63,323 nt of DNA, filler included, from Craspedostauros australis (GCA_030167865.1; 14 parts of 14 records of this genome joined end to end with filler, not necessarily neighbours in it), one strand, 5' to 3'. Numbered from the whole stretch's first letter, positions 1 to 12,501 are shown. Program-made: numbers and translations. Notes: generated from the sequence alone by a model not told the origin.

Positions 1-1580
1 GATGAGGACGGAGAAGAAGGCGGATCCCAGAATGGTGCAGCCCATGATGACGAAGGCGCTCTTGTATCCCAGCTGACGGAATCCAAGTCCGAACCCAACG
101 GCCCCAGAGTTGCCTCCGGCTCCGACGATTCCAGAGATGGATCCTGTGGCCGGTGGGTCGACGTATGGGACGATACCGTAAGTGGATCCCTCGGCGGCCT
201 GGACGAACAGAGAGAAGAAGACCATGACGGCGATGGCAGCTCCGAGAGTTCCGGTGTTGGCGAAGACCAGCACAAGGGCTCCCTCGCAGAACAGGAGGAT
301 GGTCTGGACCCAGATGCGTCCGCGCATTCCGATGCTGGCGTTGGCCTTGTCACTGAGGAAGCCTCCGATTCCGCGGGCGAACAGGTTCATCCATCCGAAG
401 ATGGAGGCGATGGCGGCAGCAGACTCGGTGGACTGGTCGAACTCATCCTTGAAGTAGAGGGCGGCGGCGTTGTTCATGGTCAGCTCGACTCCGAAGCAGC
501 ATGCGTACTGGATGAACAGGACCCAAGTGTTGAAGTTGGTGGCTCCGCTGCGGAAGGAGGCGGCGGCGCTCACCTCGGCCATGACTCCATGTGCCTTCAT
601 CTCACTGTAGTTACCCTTTGGAGCATCATCGCTGATCAAGTAGACGATGACACCGGATGCGAAGGCGACGACGGCCGGGATGATGGAGACTGTTCTCCAG
701 GCCTGCTCGGAGTCTCCGTCGAAGAGTTCCTTGAAGAGAGGGAAGAGGGCGGATCCCATGACGAGCTGAGTGACACCTCCTCCGAGGTTACCCCATCCTC
801 CGCAGAGCGCGTTGGCGGTTCCGACGACCTCTCTGGTGAACATGCGGCTGGCCCAGTACTGGCACATGACGAAGGTACCACCAGCAACACCGATGAAGAG
901 ACGGAGGACGGCGAGTCCTGTGGCGGTCTGGACGAATCCTGTGCAGGCTGTTGGGATGGAGGCGGAGCAGAGGACGAGGGTGAAGAGGATGCGGGCACCG
1001 AACTTGTCGCATCCTGGTCCAAGGACGAAGCGCATGAAGATGGTTCCTCCGACACCGACGATGCTGGATGTCCACACTTCCTCCTTGCTCAGGCCGAGGT
1101 CGTCACGGATCTCACTGAGGAGTGGGGCGATGGCGAACCAGATGAAGAAAGCGATGAAGAAGCACCACCACGAGCAGTGGAATGCTCGCATGTGCGGGCG
1201 GGCGAAGCTGCAGAGCTTGATCTCTGTGGCCTTGTCATCCTGGTCTGGATCGGTGTTGATGGCGTAGGTGGAGTACTTCTTCCACTCGCCCTGTTGTTGT
1301 CGTTGTTGTTGTTGTTGTCGTTATTGTTGTTGTTGTTGTTTTCGATGTGCAGAATGATTGCAATGATGGGATTTGGAATGAGGTGAGAGTGAGTTTAGGA
1401 GAGGCGGTGGATTGTCATCATTTCATTCATCCAATTCATTCATTCATTCATTCATTCATTCATCTGATCATTCGCATACAATGCACATGCACGCGGGGAC
1501 TTCGTGTATGTCAAGTTCTTCCATCAATCGTGTTGGATAGTGCAATCACTTACAGCGGCTCCTGAATCGACTGCTGCCAT
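1..1580 (-). CDS. NRT2: High-affinity nitrate transporter (NRT2/NNP family, MFS); exons 1580-1554 and 1290-<1; 3' end outside the window
   Basis: Minus-strand translation: MAAVDSGAA|GEWKKYSTYAINTDPDQDDKATEIKLCSFARPHMRAFHCSWWCFFIAFFIWFAIAPLL, later GWGNLGGG. Phase-0 intron 1291-1553 with GTAAGT donor and CAG acceptor. Missing from the ORF track because it runs off the edge. Confidence 0.95.
1292..1463. repeat. Intronic microsatellites, (GTT)n and (CATT)n
   Basis: Visible at about 1292-1340 and 1420-1463, inside the NRT2 intron. Confidence 0.85.
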
Positions 1581-3160
1581 CTTGTTTTGTTTATTTGCTT
1601 TGATGCGGTTGGTGGCTGGTTTGGTGTTGATGCGCAGGTGAAGCTCGTTGTGTTGAGTCAACTGGGATTTTTTTATGAGGATGAGAGAGGAGGATCAGAA
1701 AGTGGATCTCCGGATTGCGCCTTGTGTCGTTTGAGTTGTTGTGTTTTCGTTGTGTTGTTCGTGTTGACTTCGAGTTGGGCAGGACAGAACAGAGATAATC
1801 GTGGGCCGTAATCCACGAAGGACAGAGTGGAGTGCGTACCAACCGCGAGGACCTCGAACGGTGAGCGAAGATGTGTGACGCTGCGTGATGCCAAGAAGAG
1901 AGATGGAGGGGTGAGATGCTTGCACCCACAATCCGACACTCATTCTGAACTGACAAAATCGTGCTTTCGGCGCAGATGGTGCGTTGTCGGTGGGCTGGCT
2001 TGCGCCGTCCACTTCGGAATGTGTTATTGTTCCGGCATCTGATTGCATGTTGACGCTAAGTGATCGTGTCGGGTGTGACAGGAATCAGGCGCGCTGGTGG
2101 ATGTTGGTGGGTGTTGGTGGGTGGTGGAAGCCGCCGACGCTACAAAGTGAAGGTTCGTGAGTGGGAACAAGAGAATGGAAATGGCAAAATGCCGCTTTGG
2201 ATCGGGGAATAGGATCGCCACATCGGTGATACCTTGGTTCCGTTCCGTTTTGGGAAGCAGACGTGGCGAAAAAGACGATGGTGTGTTCGCGTCTGGGTGC
2301 ACAAACGCACGATCAGATTTTGTTGTTGGTGTTTGTGGTCACATGAGCAATGAAACGAGCACACTTTACGGCGTGTTCTCCGGTTTCATCGCGTCACGTC
2401 GGCGAAAGAAGAAGACAGAGGAACATCTGATGAGAACCGCCGTGGGTAATTTAGACCACGTGCGCACTCATACCTCAAGCCAATCATCGTCGCCACCTCC
2501 ACAACCCAAATGCAGAACAAAACAACGGATCCAGCCCCTTCTGTGGAGGAACAAAAAGCCGGCAGTCGGGACGTTCCGGTGTCTTTTTGAGACTGACTTG
2601 GAGTACGAAGCGAACACGCCCGATCCACGTTTGTGTCATGCTACCGAAGGCTAAAATAGAGAACAGAACGCAACACAACGAGGACAAGGAGATGTGTTTG
2701 GGATGCCTTCTTCACTCCAATCCAATCCACTCCAGACCAGACCACAGAAATCAAGTCCAAAAGAGTAGAATAGAGCAATTGTGCTTGCCACCGCCACGAT
2801 GTACTTTACTATCTTCTGTACCAACACGCCGCGCTGCATGAAATCCGAGATTAGCCACATGATACACGCTTGTGTTACATGAAATAGTTTGTGCAACACT
2901 TGCCAGCACCAGTGCTTTCTACGATCCGGTGGTGGCCGAGGGACATGCATGCAAGTTGGGCCTCGATCTTCCCAAGCTACCAGGCCTAACCACCTTCGTG
3001 GTGTCTCTGGAGGGCAGGCACAGGGGACAACAATGTTGGTGGCGTGGGTGGCCCGTTCTGGGGAAAGAACTCCAATCGGATCGCCGCGAGATGCTTTTCG
3101 TTCGTCGTCACAGCATGCATCGAGGAGTGTAGAGTACAGCATGATTCCTCGATCAGTATG

Positions 3161-3260
3161 NNNNNNNNNNNNNNNNNNNNNNNNNNNNNNNNNNNNNNNN
3201 NNNNTTAATTAATTAANNNNNNNNNNNNNNNNNNNNNNNNNNNNNNNNNNNNNNNNNNNN
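3161..3260. other. Artificial contig linker (N-TTAATTAATTAA-N, 100 bp), first of 13
   Basis: Same cassette at 3161, 5266, 7261, 9418, 10892, 28549, 34930, 36170, 37399, 39095, 41266, 43515 and 51932. The core gives stops in all six frames. Confidence 0.98.
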
Positions 3261-3466
3261 TCGTTTCTTCACCCTACTAACACCAATAAGCTAACTCATA
3301 ATAACGGACTAGGATTAGCTACAAAGCACTCTACTTCTCATCGTTACAAGTTATAACTATTCAAACAGCACACCTCTCTTGAACTGCATCACACGGCTAT
3401 CCCGAAGCCGGCAGATTCACGAGGCATTCTCCACCGATTCGCGACGCCTACGCACGAATCCTAACT
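3261..3466 (+). mobile_element. Diverged partial copy of LTR-like repeat family A
   Basis: Aligns to the 3' half of 10992-11402 and 28649-29059 and ends at the same GAATCCTAACT boundary. Confidence 0.75.
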
Positions 3467-3692
3467 CATCACAACCGTTCCGTTGCAATTGGCACGGAAC
3501 GGTCAATTCGTGCGAGGCATTCATCCATGTTGTTGATGGCATTTGCACAAGGTGGGAAGAATGGGAGAGTATGGGAATGAACCTTGACTCAATGAGACTG
3601 ATGGTCGTCCGAACCCACCAAATGAAGTCCATGCACAAAGCACCACAATTTTGCATCTGACGGTAAAATCCGTCGCGATGTCCTTGGAGTAG

Positions 3693-4460
3693 CAGTAGTC
3701 CGTGAATGGATTGGAATCGACGTTGACATGCATGAACAGTCGATTTACTGTGCTGTGTGTGCCATAACATACAGTCACACTCACACAATGATGTAATATC
3801 GTGTCCATCACATTTGAATACCTTCCAGATACAGTGGAGGCTTCATACTTCGTGTCCACACTCTCTGGGGTGTGGTTGGAGTGATAGTAGTGCGTGAATG
3901 GATTGGAATCGACGTTGACATGCATGAACAGCCGATCTACTGTGCCGTGTGTGCCGTAGCATACAGTCACACTCACACAATGATGTGATATCGTGTCCAT
4001 CCCATTTGAATGCCTTCCAGATACAGTGGAGGCCCCACACTTCGTGTCCACACTCTCTGGGGTGTGATTGGAGTGATAGTAGTGCGTGAACGGATTGGAA
4101 TCGACGTTGACATGCATGAACAGTCGATCTACTGTGCCATGTGTGCCGTAGCATACAGTCACACTCACACAACGATGTGATATCGTGTTCATCCCATTTG
4201 AATGCCTTCCAGATACAGTGGAGGCTTCATACTTCGTGTCCACACTCTCTGGGGTGTGGTTGGAGTGGTAGTAGTGCGTGAATGGATTGGGATCGACGTT
4301 GACATGCATGAACAGCCGATCTACTGTGCCGTGTGTGCCGTAGCATACAGTCACACTCACACAATGATGTGATATCGTGTTCATCCCATTTGAATGCCTT
4401 CCAAATGGATTGGAGGCCCCACACTTCGTGTCCACACTCTCTGGGGTGTGATTGGAGTGA
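3693..4460. repeat. 192-bp tandem repeat, about 4 units
   Basis: Anchor GATTGG(A/G)ATCGACGTTGACATGCATGAACAG recurs at 3709, 3901, 4093 and 4285. Confidence 0.95.
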
Positions 4461-5265
4461 TAAATAAATAAATAACTCAGTGATTACATCATAGATGTGC
4501 CTCGAGGCTTTACCCTCGCCGCCACCGGCCCCGTAGGGCACGGCTTTGAGTGAGCTGTCAAGTGCCGCCACTCATACTAATCCTAACCAGGCTGCCATGG
4601 TCTGCCGTTCTGCTTGCATCGACCGTGTCCTTCGCCTAGCCTTCACTACCGCCTGTACCGCCGTCATAGCGCCAACCCACTGTCTCATTTGCGCTTCCGT
4701 GCCATACTCGATGTTTCTGCCGTCCCGGAGGAGGTGGAGTTCTGACTCGTTCATATCCCGACTGTTGCTCTGGAGCATCCGTCGCACCTGCTGGCGCAGG
4801 TCCTTTGTCGTCGGGTGCTGATCGCTCTCGTGTACCTTCGCGTTTCGAGCATTCCACACCGCCCATGGAACCTTCCATATCCAACGCACCATCTCGCGTG
4901 CCCAAGCTTCGGCATCCGGGTACTGACACTCGTGGGTCTGCATCCACAGTTTCTGTTGTCGCCTCCAGTCCCGGTGGACGAATCCGACGAGGAGAGGGTA
5001 CCACCCAACGTGGCTTTGCGCCCCCTCGTTGTTCCGATTGCGTCTCCATTTGACCAACCCCACTCGCATGTTGCTGACCAACCTAGGGCAGGTACCGATG
5101 CGTACCATTCGATCCAAGAGCGCTGTCGTGGCTTCCTGCCACGCCTCCTGATGCTCGCTGCACTGCAAGACGTGAATTGTTGTCTCGTCCTGCGTACAAA
5201 ATTGGCACTTTGGTGAGTCCTTCTGACCCATCTGGTGCAGCTTCTTGTTCACCCCGACGAAGCCT
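4461..5265 (-). mobile_element. 3' end of a non-LTR retrotransposon (Ambal/L1-like LINE): ORF C-terminus 5265-4572, short 3' UTR, (TTTA)n tail
   Basis: CCHC knuckle SPKCQFCTQDETTIHVLQC, then GWYPLLVGFVHRDW and WIWKVPWAVWNARN, typical of LINE C-termini. Tail TAAATAAATAAATAA at 4461-4475 on the + strand. Confidence 0.85.
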
Positions 5266-5365
5266 NNNNNNNNNNNNNNNNNNNNNNNNNNNNNNNNNNN
5301 NNNNNNNNNTTAATTAATTAANNNNNNNNNNNNNNNNNNNNNNNNNNNNNNNNNNNNNNNNNNNN

Positions 5366-7260
5366 AGCTGCCAAGGATGAAGGCATCCTTTGAAACCCCT
5401 TCGCAGGAACTATCGCTTGCACATGAGTCCGGGGTGATGGTGATGATGTTGCTCCCGAGAGTGCAACCAAGAGTTCCTTGGCGGCAGGCCCCGCCCACAG
5501 CACCGCATCTCGTGGATAGGCTTGCGGCGTTCGCAGTGAGAAGGATGCCATCGCCTTCGAGAGCAGTGAGGATGGCTGCGATTGCTTGGGGGTCATTCTT
5601 GATGCAATGGAATCGCACTTGCACCTGTCCCTGCGACGTCCGGCTGCCTTGGTCATCATTGCATCCGAAGATGATTTTCACGAACCTGTCCTTGTTCGTT
5701 GGGAGAGACTCGTTGTCGTTGACGAATTGTGCGCATGTGCCCACATCATCATCGCAGAGGACGACTGGTCTGGAGGTGAAGCCCGCAGCAACCTCCCCAG
5801 CCTCATTCAAGCAAAGGGTCTGCAGGGTGGTCTTGTTGATGGTCGGGGGGCTTGTTGGGACAGAAGTCAGCAGATTGGACGGCTGCTCTGTCGGAATCGT
5901 CCTTGGGGTATCGCTTGCCAGCGGAGTAGGGGCGAAAGTCGGGCAATCTTTTGGGCGTTGATCTTTGTTGATGCAGAATTGATCGACCCTTTTCACTGGT
6001 TGGGTCGCCATCGACGTCTTTGGGGCAGGCGACGGCAGCATCGTAGATAATGANNNNNNNNNNNNNNNNNNNNNNNNNNTTTGTCATGCATTCGTAGCAC
6101 GCGCCGCCGCTGTCACAGCCATATTCTGGCACAATGATGTCAGTCGTCGCTGAGTCACCAAATCCCAATCCTGCGCAAGCGTAGGCTGCGGCGCAGGCAT
6201 TGTCGCTGATGATCAAGCTGCCCTGAATCTTCCCAGCTGACGGTGACGGTGTGCATGTGCAGTCGTAGTAAAAGCTCGCATGTGCTCCGGTGCATGCAAA
6301 CTCACCAAGGCATGCATTGAACCCAATTCTGACGTGGCTCTGGGAACGGCTGGGCCTGTACTGTTCAACATGGTAGCCATCGCCCGCACAGGCGTAGGGT
6401 CCAACGCAGGCGCCACTTTGTATGATGACGTCTCTGTAGGAATAATCGCCAACGAGGGTGCAGGAAAGATAATCAGTGCAGGCCAGTTGACCAATGAAGG
6501 TGACGCCGTACGTTGGGTGAGGACCATAGCAATTGGAAACATAAAGAGAGTTCATGCCGGCGCATGCCCCTTTGCTGGTACAGGATGAATCCAGGACCAA
6601 TGTGTTTCGTCCCATCCTGTCGCAAGATCCAGACCCAATGCAGGCAGTGGTGGCAATGGTCATGAAACTGTAACTATCGGCGCTGGTATAGTGATACTCT
6701 TCTGCACAGCATGGAGCCCCGGCGTTCTGGCACACGTAGTAGATGTCATCACCACCGAGAGCTGCGAACAGAGTGGTGCCGGCGGCGGACAACAGTGTCA
6801 GCTCCTCAGCTAGCAAGGGGCTGGACGCATATCGGTTGAATAGCTTGTACGCACCCTCCTCGGTCAAGAGGCCAGCGCATGCAAAGTAATTCTGCAATCC
6901 TGGTGTGCTTCGAACAGCAGTGACGGCCTCGCGGCACGATGTCTTGGATGGATTGCAGATGATGGTCTTCGGCTCGGATACCTCTGGCGGAAAGCACGGC
7001 GCAACATCTGGCTTGCAGGCCACGGAGATGCTGGAATCAAATGCAAACGAGGTGGTCGTTGGTGCAGATGTAGGCCCCGATGTCGGCATGGAAGTTGGAT
7101 CTCGCATCGGCATGCTGGTTGCTCTGCCTGTTGGCTGGTCGGTCGGTGATGAGGTAGGCCTCAAGGTTGGATTGCTGGTCGCCGAGGCAACTGGCCGCCC
7201 AGTTGACCTTGAAGTTGGTGCCCCAGTTGGTGGCAAGGTTGGTGTAGAAGTCGGTGTTGT
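5366..7260 (-). CDS. Cys-rich repeat protein with Pro/Thr-rich linkers; partial at both ends, N gap 6054-6079, apparent 1-nt frameshift near 5990
   Basis: Repeats of I/V-x3-[AS]C-x-G-x2-[AS]C and PTS.PT linkers. Colinear with the paralog at 35030-36169 only if the frame switches at GAAAAGGGTC. Confidence 0.75.
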
Positions 7261-7901
7261 NNNNNNNNNNNNNNNNNNNNNNNNNNNNNNNNNNNNNNNN
7301 NNNNTTAATTAATTAANNNNNNNNNNNNNNNNNNNNNNNNNNNNNNNNNNNNNNNNNNNNATTGTTTTGAAGTATCTCCAACGCATCCGCACTATGCATA
7401 TTCAGGACGAAGACCAATAATGCATGGAAGATGCAGTGCATAGAATATCAAAAGACACCCTGGCAAATGGGGCACGCCAGCAAGTTGGAAGCATATGAAG
7501 GAACATCCGAAGCAGGTAGGCAAGTATATCAAGAATTGGAGGCTGTACAACCGTAACGAGCAGGATTGCGCAAAAGGAGCAAGATCCAGATCGAAACGTG
7601 GATGGGATACACGACTCATAACGATCCATTGAGTCGATACGCTTAACGGGACTAAGATCGTGACTCGGGATAGGGGCGCGCCAGCCTCGCCAGTTATGAA
7701 ATTATGAGCCACGCAAACACCTCCAATGTTCGTGGAGACGCGCCAACAAAAGGCTTCGTCTCTGTGACGAAAAAGGCGAAGCGCCACCCCCACAACAACT
7801 CACAAGCATCAGCTCAACCGATCACTCTTGTTCGGATCATTGGATTCAACAACACAACCATCAAACACACAATTCCAACCGATCAGCAACTGAAGCGCAT
7901 C

Positions 7902-8750
7902 ATGTCCTCAACCGATTGGAAAATCGACACGTCTTCGCCCGTCCTGGTCACCGGCGCAACAGGGTACATCGCCGGTGTGCTCATCAAGCAACTTCTTGAC
8001 GCAGGCGTCACGGTCCACGGCACCGTCCGCGATCCATCCAACACCGAACGTCTTCAGTATCTCGTCGATGTAGCGGACAAGTCCCCAGGAACTCTCAAGC
8101 TCTTCCATGGTGATTTGATGGAAGACGGATCGTTCACCGAAGGCATGAAGGGATGTTCCGTCGTCTTCCACACAGCGTCGCCATTTGCCATGCAAGTGGA
8201 GAATCCAAAGAAGGAATTGGTCGATCCAGCGGTGAATGGAACCAAGAACGTGCTCAACACGGCAACGAAGACGCCATCCGTACGCCGCGTGGTGTTGACC
8301 AGCTCCGCTGCATCGATCTACACGGACGCAACGGACACCTACAACGCACCCAACAACACCCTGACAGAGGACGTCGACAACATCACCGCGAGCCTCGACT
8401 ACCAGCCGTACCGCTTCAGCAAGGCACAGGCAGAAATGGTGGCATGGCGACTTCTCGGTTGTCAAAGTCAATGGACGATGGCCACCATCAATCCATCTTT
8501 CGTCATGGGTCCGGGATTGAAGTACCACGCAAACAGCGAATCATCCAAATTCATCATTTCGATGTGTGGCGGGAAATTTTCAAGCGGCGTGCCCAAGTCT
8601 GCCATGAGCTTCGTGGATGTCCGCGAAGTGGCGAGAGCCCACATAGTGGCAGCCTACAAGGAGGGTGTGACCGGTCGACACATCCTCGCCGCCAAGAATT
8701 CCAATGCCTTCGAAGCTGCAACTGTAAGTGCACTCCGTTGCTTCGAATAG
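7902..8750 (+). CDS. NAD(P)-dependent epimerase/dehydratase (extended SDR, DFR/aldehyde-reductase-like); probably 3'-incomplete
   Basis: VLVTGATGYIAG, VFHTASPF, VVLTSS, catalytic YRFSK, FVDVREVARAH. ATG at 7902. Homology ends at a GTAAGT donor at 8724. Confidence 0.9.
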   Translation: MSSTDWKIDTSSPVLVTGATGYIAGVLIKQLLDAGVTVHGTVRDPSNTERLQYLVDVADKSPGTLKLFHGDLMEDGSFTEGMKGCSVVFHTASPFAMQVENPKKELVDPAVNGTKNVLNTATKTPSVRRVVLTSSAASIYTDATDTYNAPNNTLTEDVDNITASLDYQPYRFSKAQAEMVAWRLLGCQSQWTMATINPSFVMGPGLKYHANSESSKFIISMCGGKFSSGVPKSAMSFVDVREVARAHIVAAYKEGVTGRHILAAKNSNAFEAATVSALRCFE

Positions 8751-9517
8751 GAGCCCGGATAGCGAGTCGACCTGCACTTTGAAATGGACCTCCAGAAATA
8801 TTGTCTCGGATATCCAGACCGAGCACATATTCGTAATCCTTGTAGGTCTAATACAAATAATTAACTATTACATTTTTGAGTTATATCCTATCTTAAGTTT
8901 TATGGACCAATGGATGTGCGCATTTTTCGATCTCTTTCGGGTTTCAGCCTGTTGGCTACGACTAAATCGATCCAACTTAACCCTTCACTGTTCTTCCCTT
9001 CAGCGAGGTTGTTCCCATTTTGAATTGTTTAGTCTCTTTTTGAGGTGATCTGATGAGATCATCCAACGCCTCCTCCGCGATAGCGCTAGTTGTAGAGTTT
9101 GGGGAGAAGCGGCGAGTTCGCGTTTACAACCATTCTACCCTCCGTTTGTCTGATCCTTCATCTACGTCACCAAACTGGCTGCTGCATCATGAACCACCAA
9201 TCACAGGACGACATGAATCATCGTCCTGTGTGTTTCGTTGTGACGGAAGGGTTGGGTGGGTTGGTACTATTCGGAGTGTTTGTGTGATGCTTCTTTCGTA
9301 CGTTTGGTAAAATAATCAATGGTTACCTCAGCCCCCAATATGTGAGGCCGGTCGAGAGCGCAAAACTCGACACAACCACATGACGAGAGAGAAACACCAA
9401 AAAAAGTCCACAATGGCNNNNNNNNNNNNNNNNNNNNNNNNNNNNNNNNNNNNNNNNNNNNTTAATTAATTAANNNNNNNNNNNNNNNNNNNNNNNNNNN
9501 NNNNNNNNNNNNNNNNN

Positions 9518-10891
9518 TGTGGATGTCAACCTGCATGGCGAAGATGCGTTGTCCCCTTTTCATGCTGCTTGCAGTCATGGCCATGTGGACTTGGTGAAAT
9601 ATTTGATTGAAACAGAGCAATTGGATATTGATGTGAATGGAAGAAGCGGGCGAAACAATGACACAGCGTTTCATCATGCTTGCCGGGGTGGCCATGTAGA
9701 TGTTTTCAAGTGGCTGATCGAGTCTGAGAGAGTCGGTCTTGATTTCAGCGCCAGGAATACGTACGGGGAGACAGCGTTGCACGTTGCCTGCCGCGAGAAA
9801 ATGAGTACCGTGGTGAAGTGCATGGTAGAGTCGGATCCAGCGAACTCCAGCATCAAGATCCAAAACAATTGCGGACAAACTCCGCTTCACCAAGTCGTGC
9901 ACTCTGATTCTTTGGATGCGATGGAACACCTTCAGAAGTTTGACCAATTCAACGATAGTGTCAACCTGAAAGACAATGGAGGCAGAACAGTGCTCCACCT
10001 AGCATGCCGGTACGGTGCCGCGTCCATGCTGTCTTCATTGTTGGAACGTCGCAACGACATGATTGATGTCAACATCAAAGACAATGATGGAAACACAGCC
10101 CTTCACTATGCCTGTCGAAAGGATTGCTCGCGGCAACTCGAAGCTTTGCTTGCATCAAGCAAAGGTTTACTGGATGTCAATGTTCGAAACAACGACGGCG
10201 ACACTCCTATCCATCTTGCCTTACAGCACGCCTCCTGCCGTCTCTTGCTGTCAACATACGCAGACGCGATTGACTTCAACATCCAAAACAACAAGGGTGA
10301 TACTCCTGTTCATATCGCATGCAGACGTAAGTGTGAAGATACCTTCCGTAAGTTGGTGGAAGCGTCCAAGGGCAACATCGACTGGAACATCCGAAACAAC
10401 GAAGGGAACGCCCCGCTCCATGTTGCTTGCGAACATTCGGGTTCTTACGCAGATATCGCTAGCGATATCGTTTATCTCAAGGAGTCACATGTCGACGTGA
10501 ACATCCAAAACAACGATGGCGACACTCCGCTTCATATTGCGGTTCGGGGATATGGCGCCGGGATCGGGCTTGTGCTCAGAGGAGGTCGAGACAGATTCGA
10601 CTTCAACTTGCGGAACCACCAAGGTAAGACCCCGTTTCACATTGCCGTGAAGAAAATCGACCGGGAAGACTTCAGAGACTTTTTATCAGAGTCCTGTGGT
10701 GGGAACATCGACCCAAGCATACCATTCACCGACGATGATGCGCCGTTCCACAGAAAGAAATTTTGGAACAAGATCGATAACAGAGGACTCGAATCTCTGA
10801 TGTACCAGAATCGGGCAAGCATTAACTTCAACGTGCAAAACAAGAAGGGAGACACGGCGCTTCATGTTCTCTTGCGCATTTGCTACGAGAC
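9518..10891 (+). CDS. Ankyrin-repeat protein, partial at both ends
   Basis: More than 10 G.T(P/A)LH.AC ... D.N.(Q/R)NN units spanning the whole contig. Confidence 0.93.
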
Positions 10892-10991
10892 NNNNNNNNN
10901 NNNNNNNNNNNNNNNNNNNNNNNNNNNNNNNNNNNTTAATTAATTAANNNNNNNNNNNNNNNNNNNNNNNNNNNNNNNNNNNNNNNNNNNN

Positions 10992-11402
10992 TGTATCCAA
11001 CCTGCTTCAACTCAAGCAATGGAATCCGAGAGCCAGCTCCAACCACAGCCACTGCCTCATGGTCGTCACTGCCATCTGCCATGATCTACACTGCAGTGTA
11101 TCTACGTGTGTGGAGAGCAAGGCGCTGTAATGACAGTATACCCTGTAGCACTGAACCAAGTACATCAGTGCAGGGTCTCACCAAGTTGTGTGACATCGTT
11201 TCTTCACCCTATTAACACCACAAGCTAACTCATAATAAACACAGACAAAGATTAGCTTCAAAGCACTCTTCTACTCATCGTTACAGTTATAACTCTTCAA
11301 CCAGCACACCTCTCTCTTGAACTGCATCACACGGCTATCCCGAAGCCGGCAGATTCACGAGACATTCTCCACCGATTCGACGCCTACGCTCGAATCCTAA
11401 CT
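10992..11402 (+). mobile_element. LTR-like repeat family A (411 bp visible)
   Basis: Identical by eye to 28649-29059. Contains AATAAA. Sharp shared right boundary with different flanks. Confidence 0.8.
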
Positions 11403-12501
11403 CCACTCAACAAAGCGCTCATGCGCACAGTGCGACTAATGCTTCATTCCCACCTCCGTCCCACCCCCGGAGGTGGACCTACAACTCGTACTCCCTCCTG
11501 CATGCGCGTACGTGCAGTGGCCATTTCACGTCCGTTCTTTGGCCATGCAGACAAGGAACTCGCCTACGACTATGCCAGGGACCATGCCGCAGCTGGTGTG
11601 CCTCGTAGGTCGTAAACAGCAGTCGCGGATGGAGCTGCCAAGAAGTGTCATGGATGAAATAGAAGACTCTCCACAGACGATTTGTCTTCTCTCCTTGTCA
11701 AAGCTAAAGTACTGATTTGGCGCATCGCTATCTTGCTTCTCCCGTTTCGCCAAACGCCTCTCCTCGTTCTCTGTCTTCCTCCCCATCTGGATGTCGAAGA
11801 TGGGGCGACAAGCAACGAGTATTGACAAAAGGAGACAGCGCAGCAAGATTCAAGAGAGCGGCGGGTTGCGCCAGAGGTTATTTTTGCTCTGCCCATTTCG
11901 ACTAGTGGTTTCCCACTTCTCGCCATCCCGAAGTTGCTCCAATCGGTGAAGTTGCGGTGACGAGACGCCGTTTGCGCGAACTTGCATCATGTCTGTTGGA
12001 TGGGGTAGAATCATGACTCCACGACCACAACAAGACAAGTGTTGGCGAAGTTGTGGCGTTTTCGGTTCGGTTCGATTCGAAACAAACAGCGAATAGCCAT
12101 TCCCGTGATTCGCATCAAAATTCTCCATTTGGCGCGCGTGCTTCTTCATCCTGAGGTCCATTTTCGTCTGATTTCGTCGGACACAGGTGTTTGTAAAATA
12201 GCAATGACTAAAATACGTTCATTTCGTGGGACAACTGTATTTTACCAACCATCTACATCCAGCCAAACATCACAAAAGCGTGACAAACGACAGGATCCGC
12301 CTCGCCAAGTGCAAACGCACCTCATGAGCCAGGAAAGGTGTGAGGAAGGCATCAGGAAGACATCAGGCAACGAACGCATGCACACACGCAAGTATTATAA
12401 TCAAATATAATATAATACATGCCAATACGGATGCACTGCTCCTTGGGGATCAAGTCAAGCCAATATCAGTCTGTGGATTAGCTCCAGGAAGTTGTGTGAT
12501 C

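Noticed and set aside
589..1386. 265-aa + strand ORF and similar ORFs antisense to real genes
   Set aside because: Shadow frames of NRT2 and other genes with biased codon usage.
3205..3216. Recurrent TTAATTAATTAA as a biological motif or TTAA target site
   Set aside because: It always sits at the centre of identical 100-bp N cassettes, so it is an assembly spacer.
3693..4460. CRISPR-like array in the 192-bp or 13-bp repeats
   Set aside because: Units are contiguous with no unique spacers, there are no cas genes, and the context is eukaryotic.
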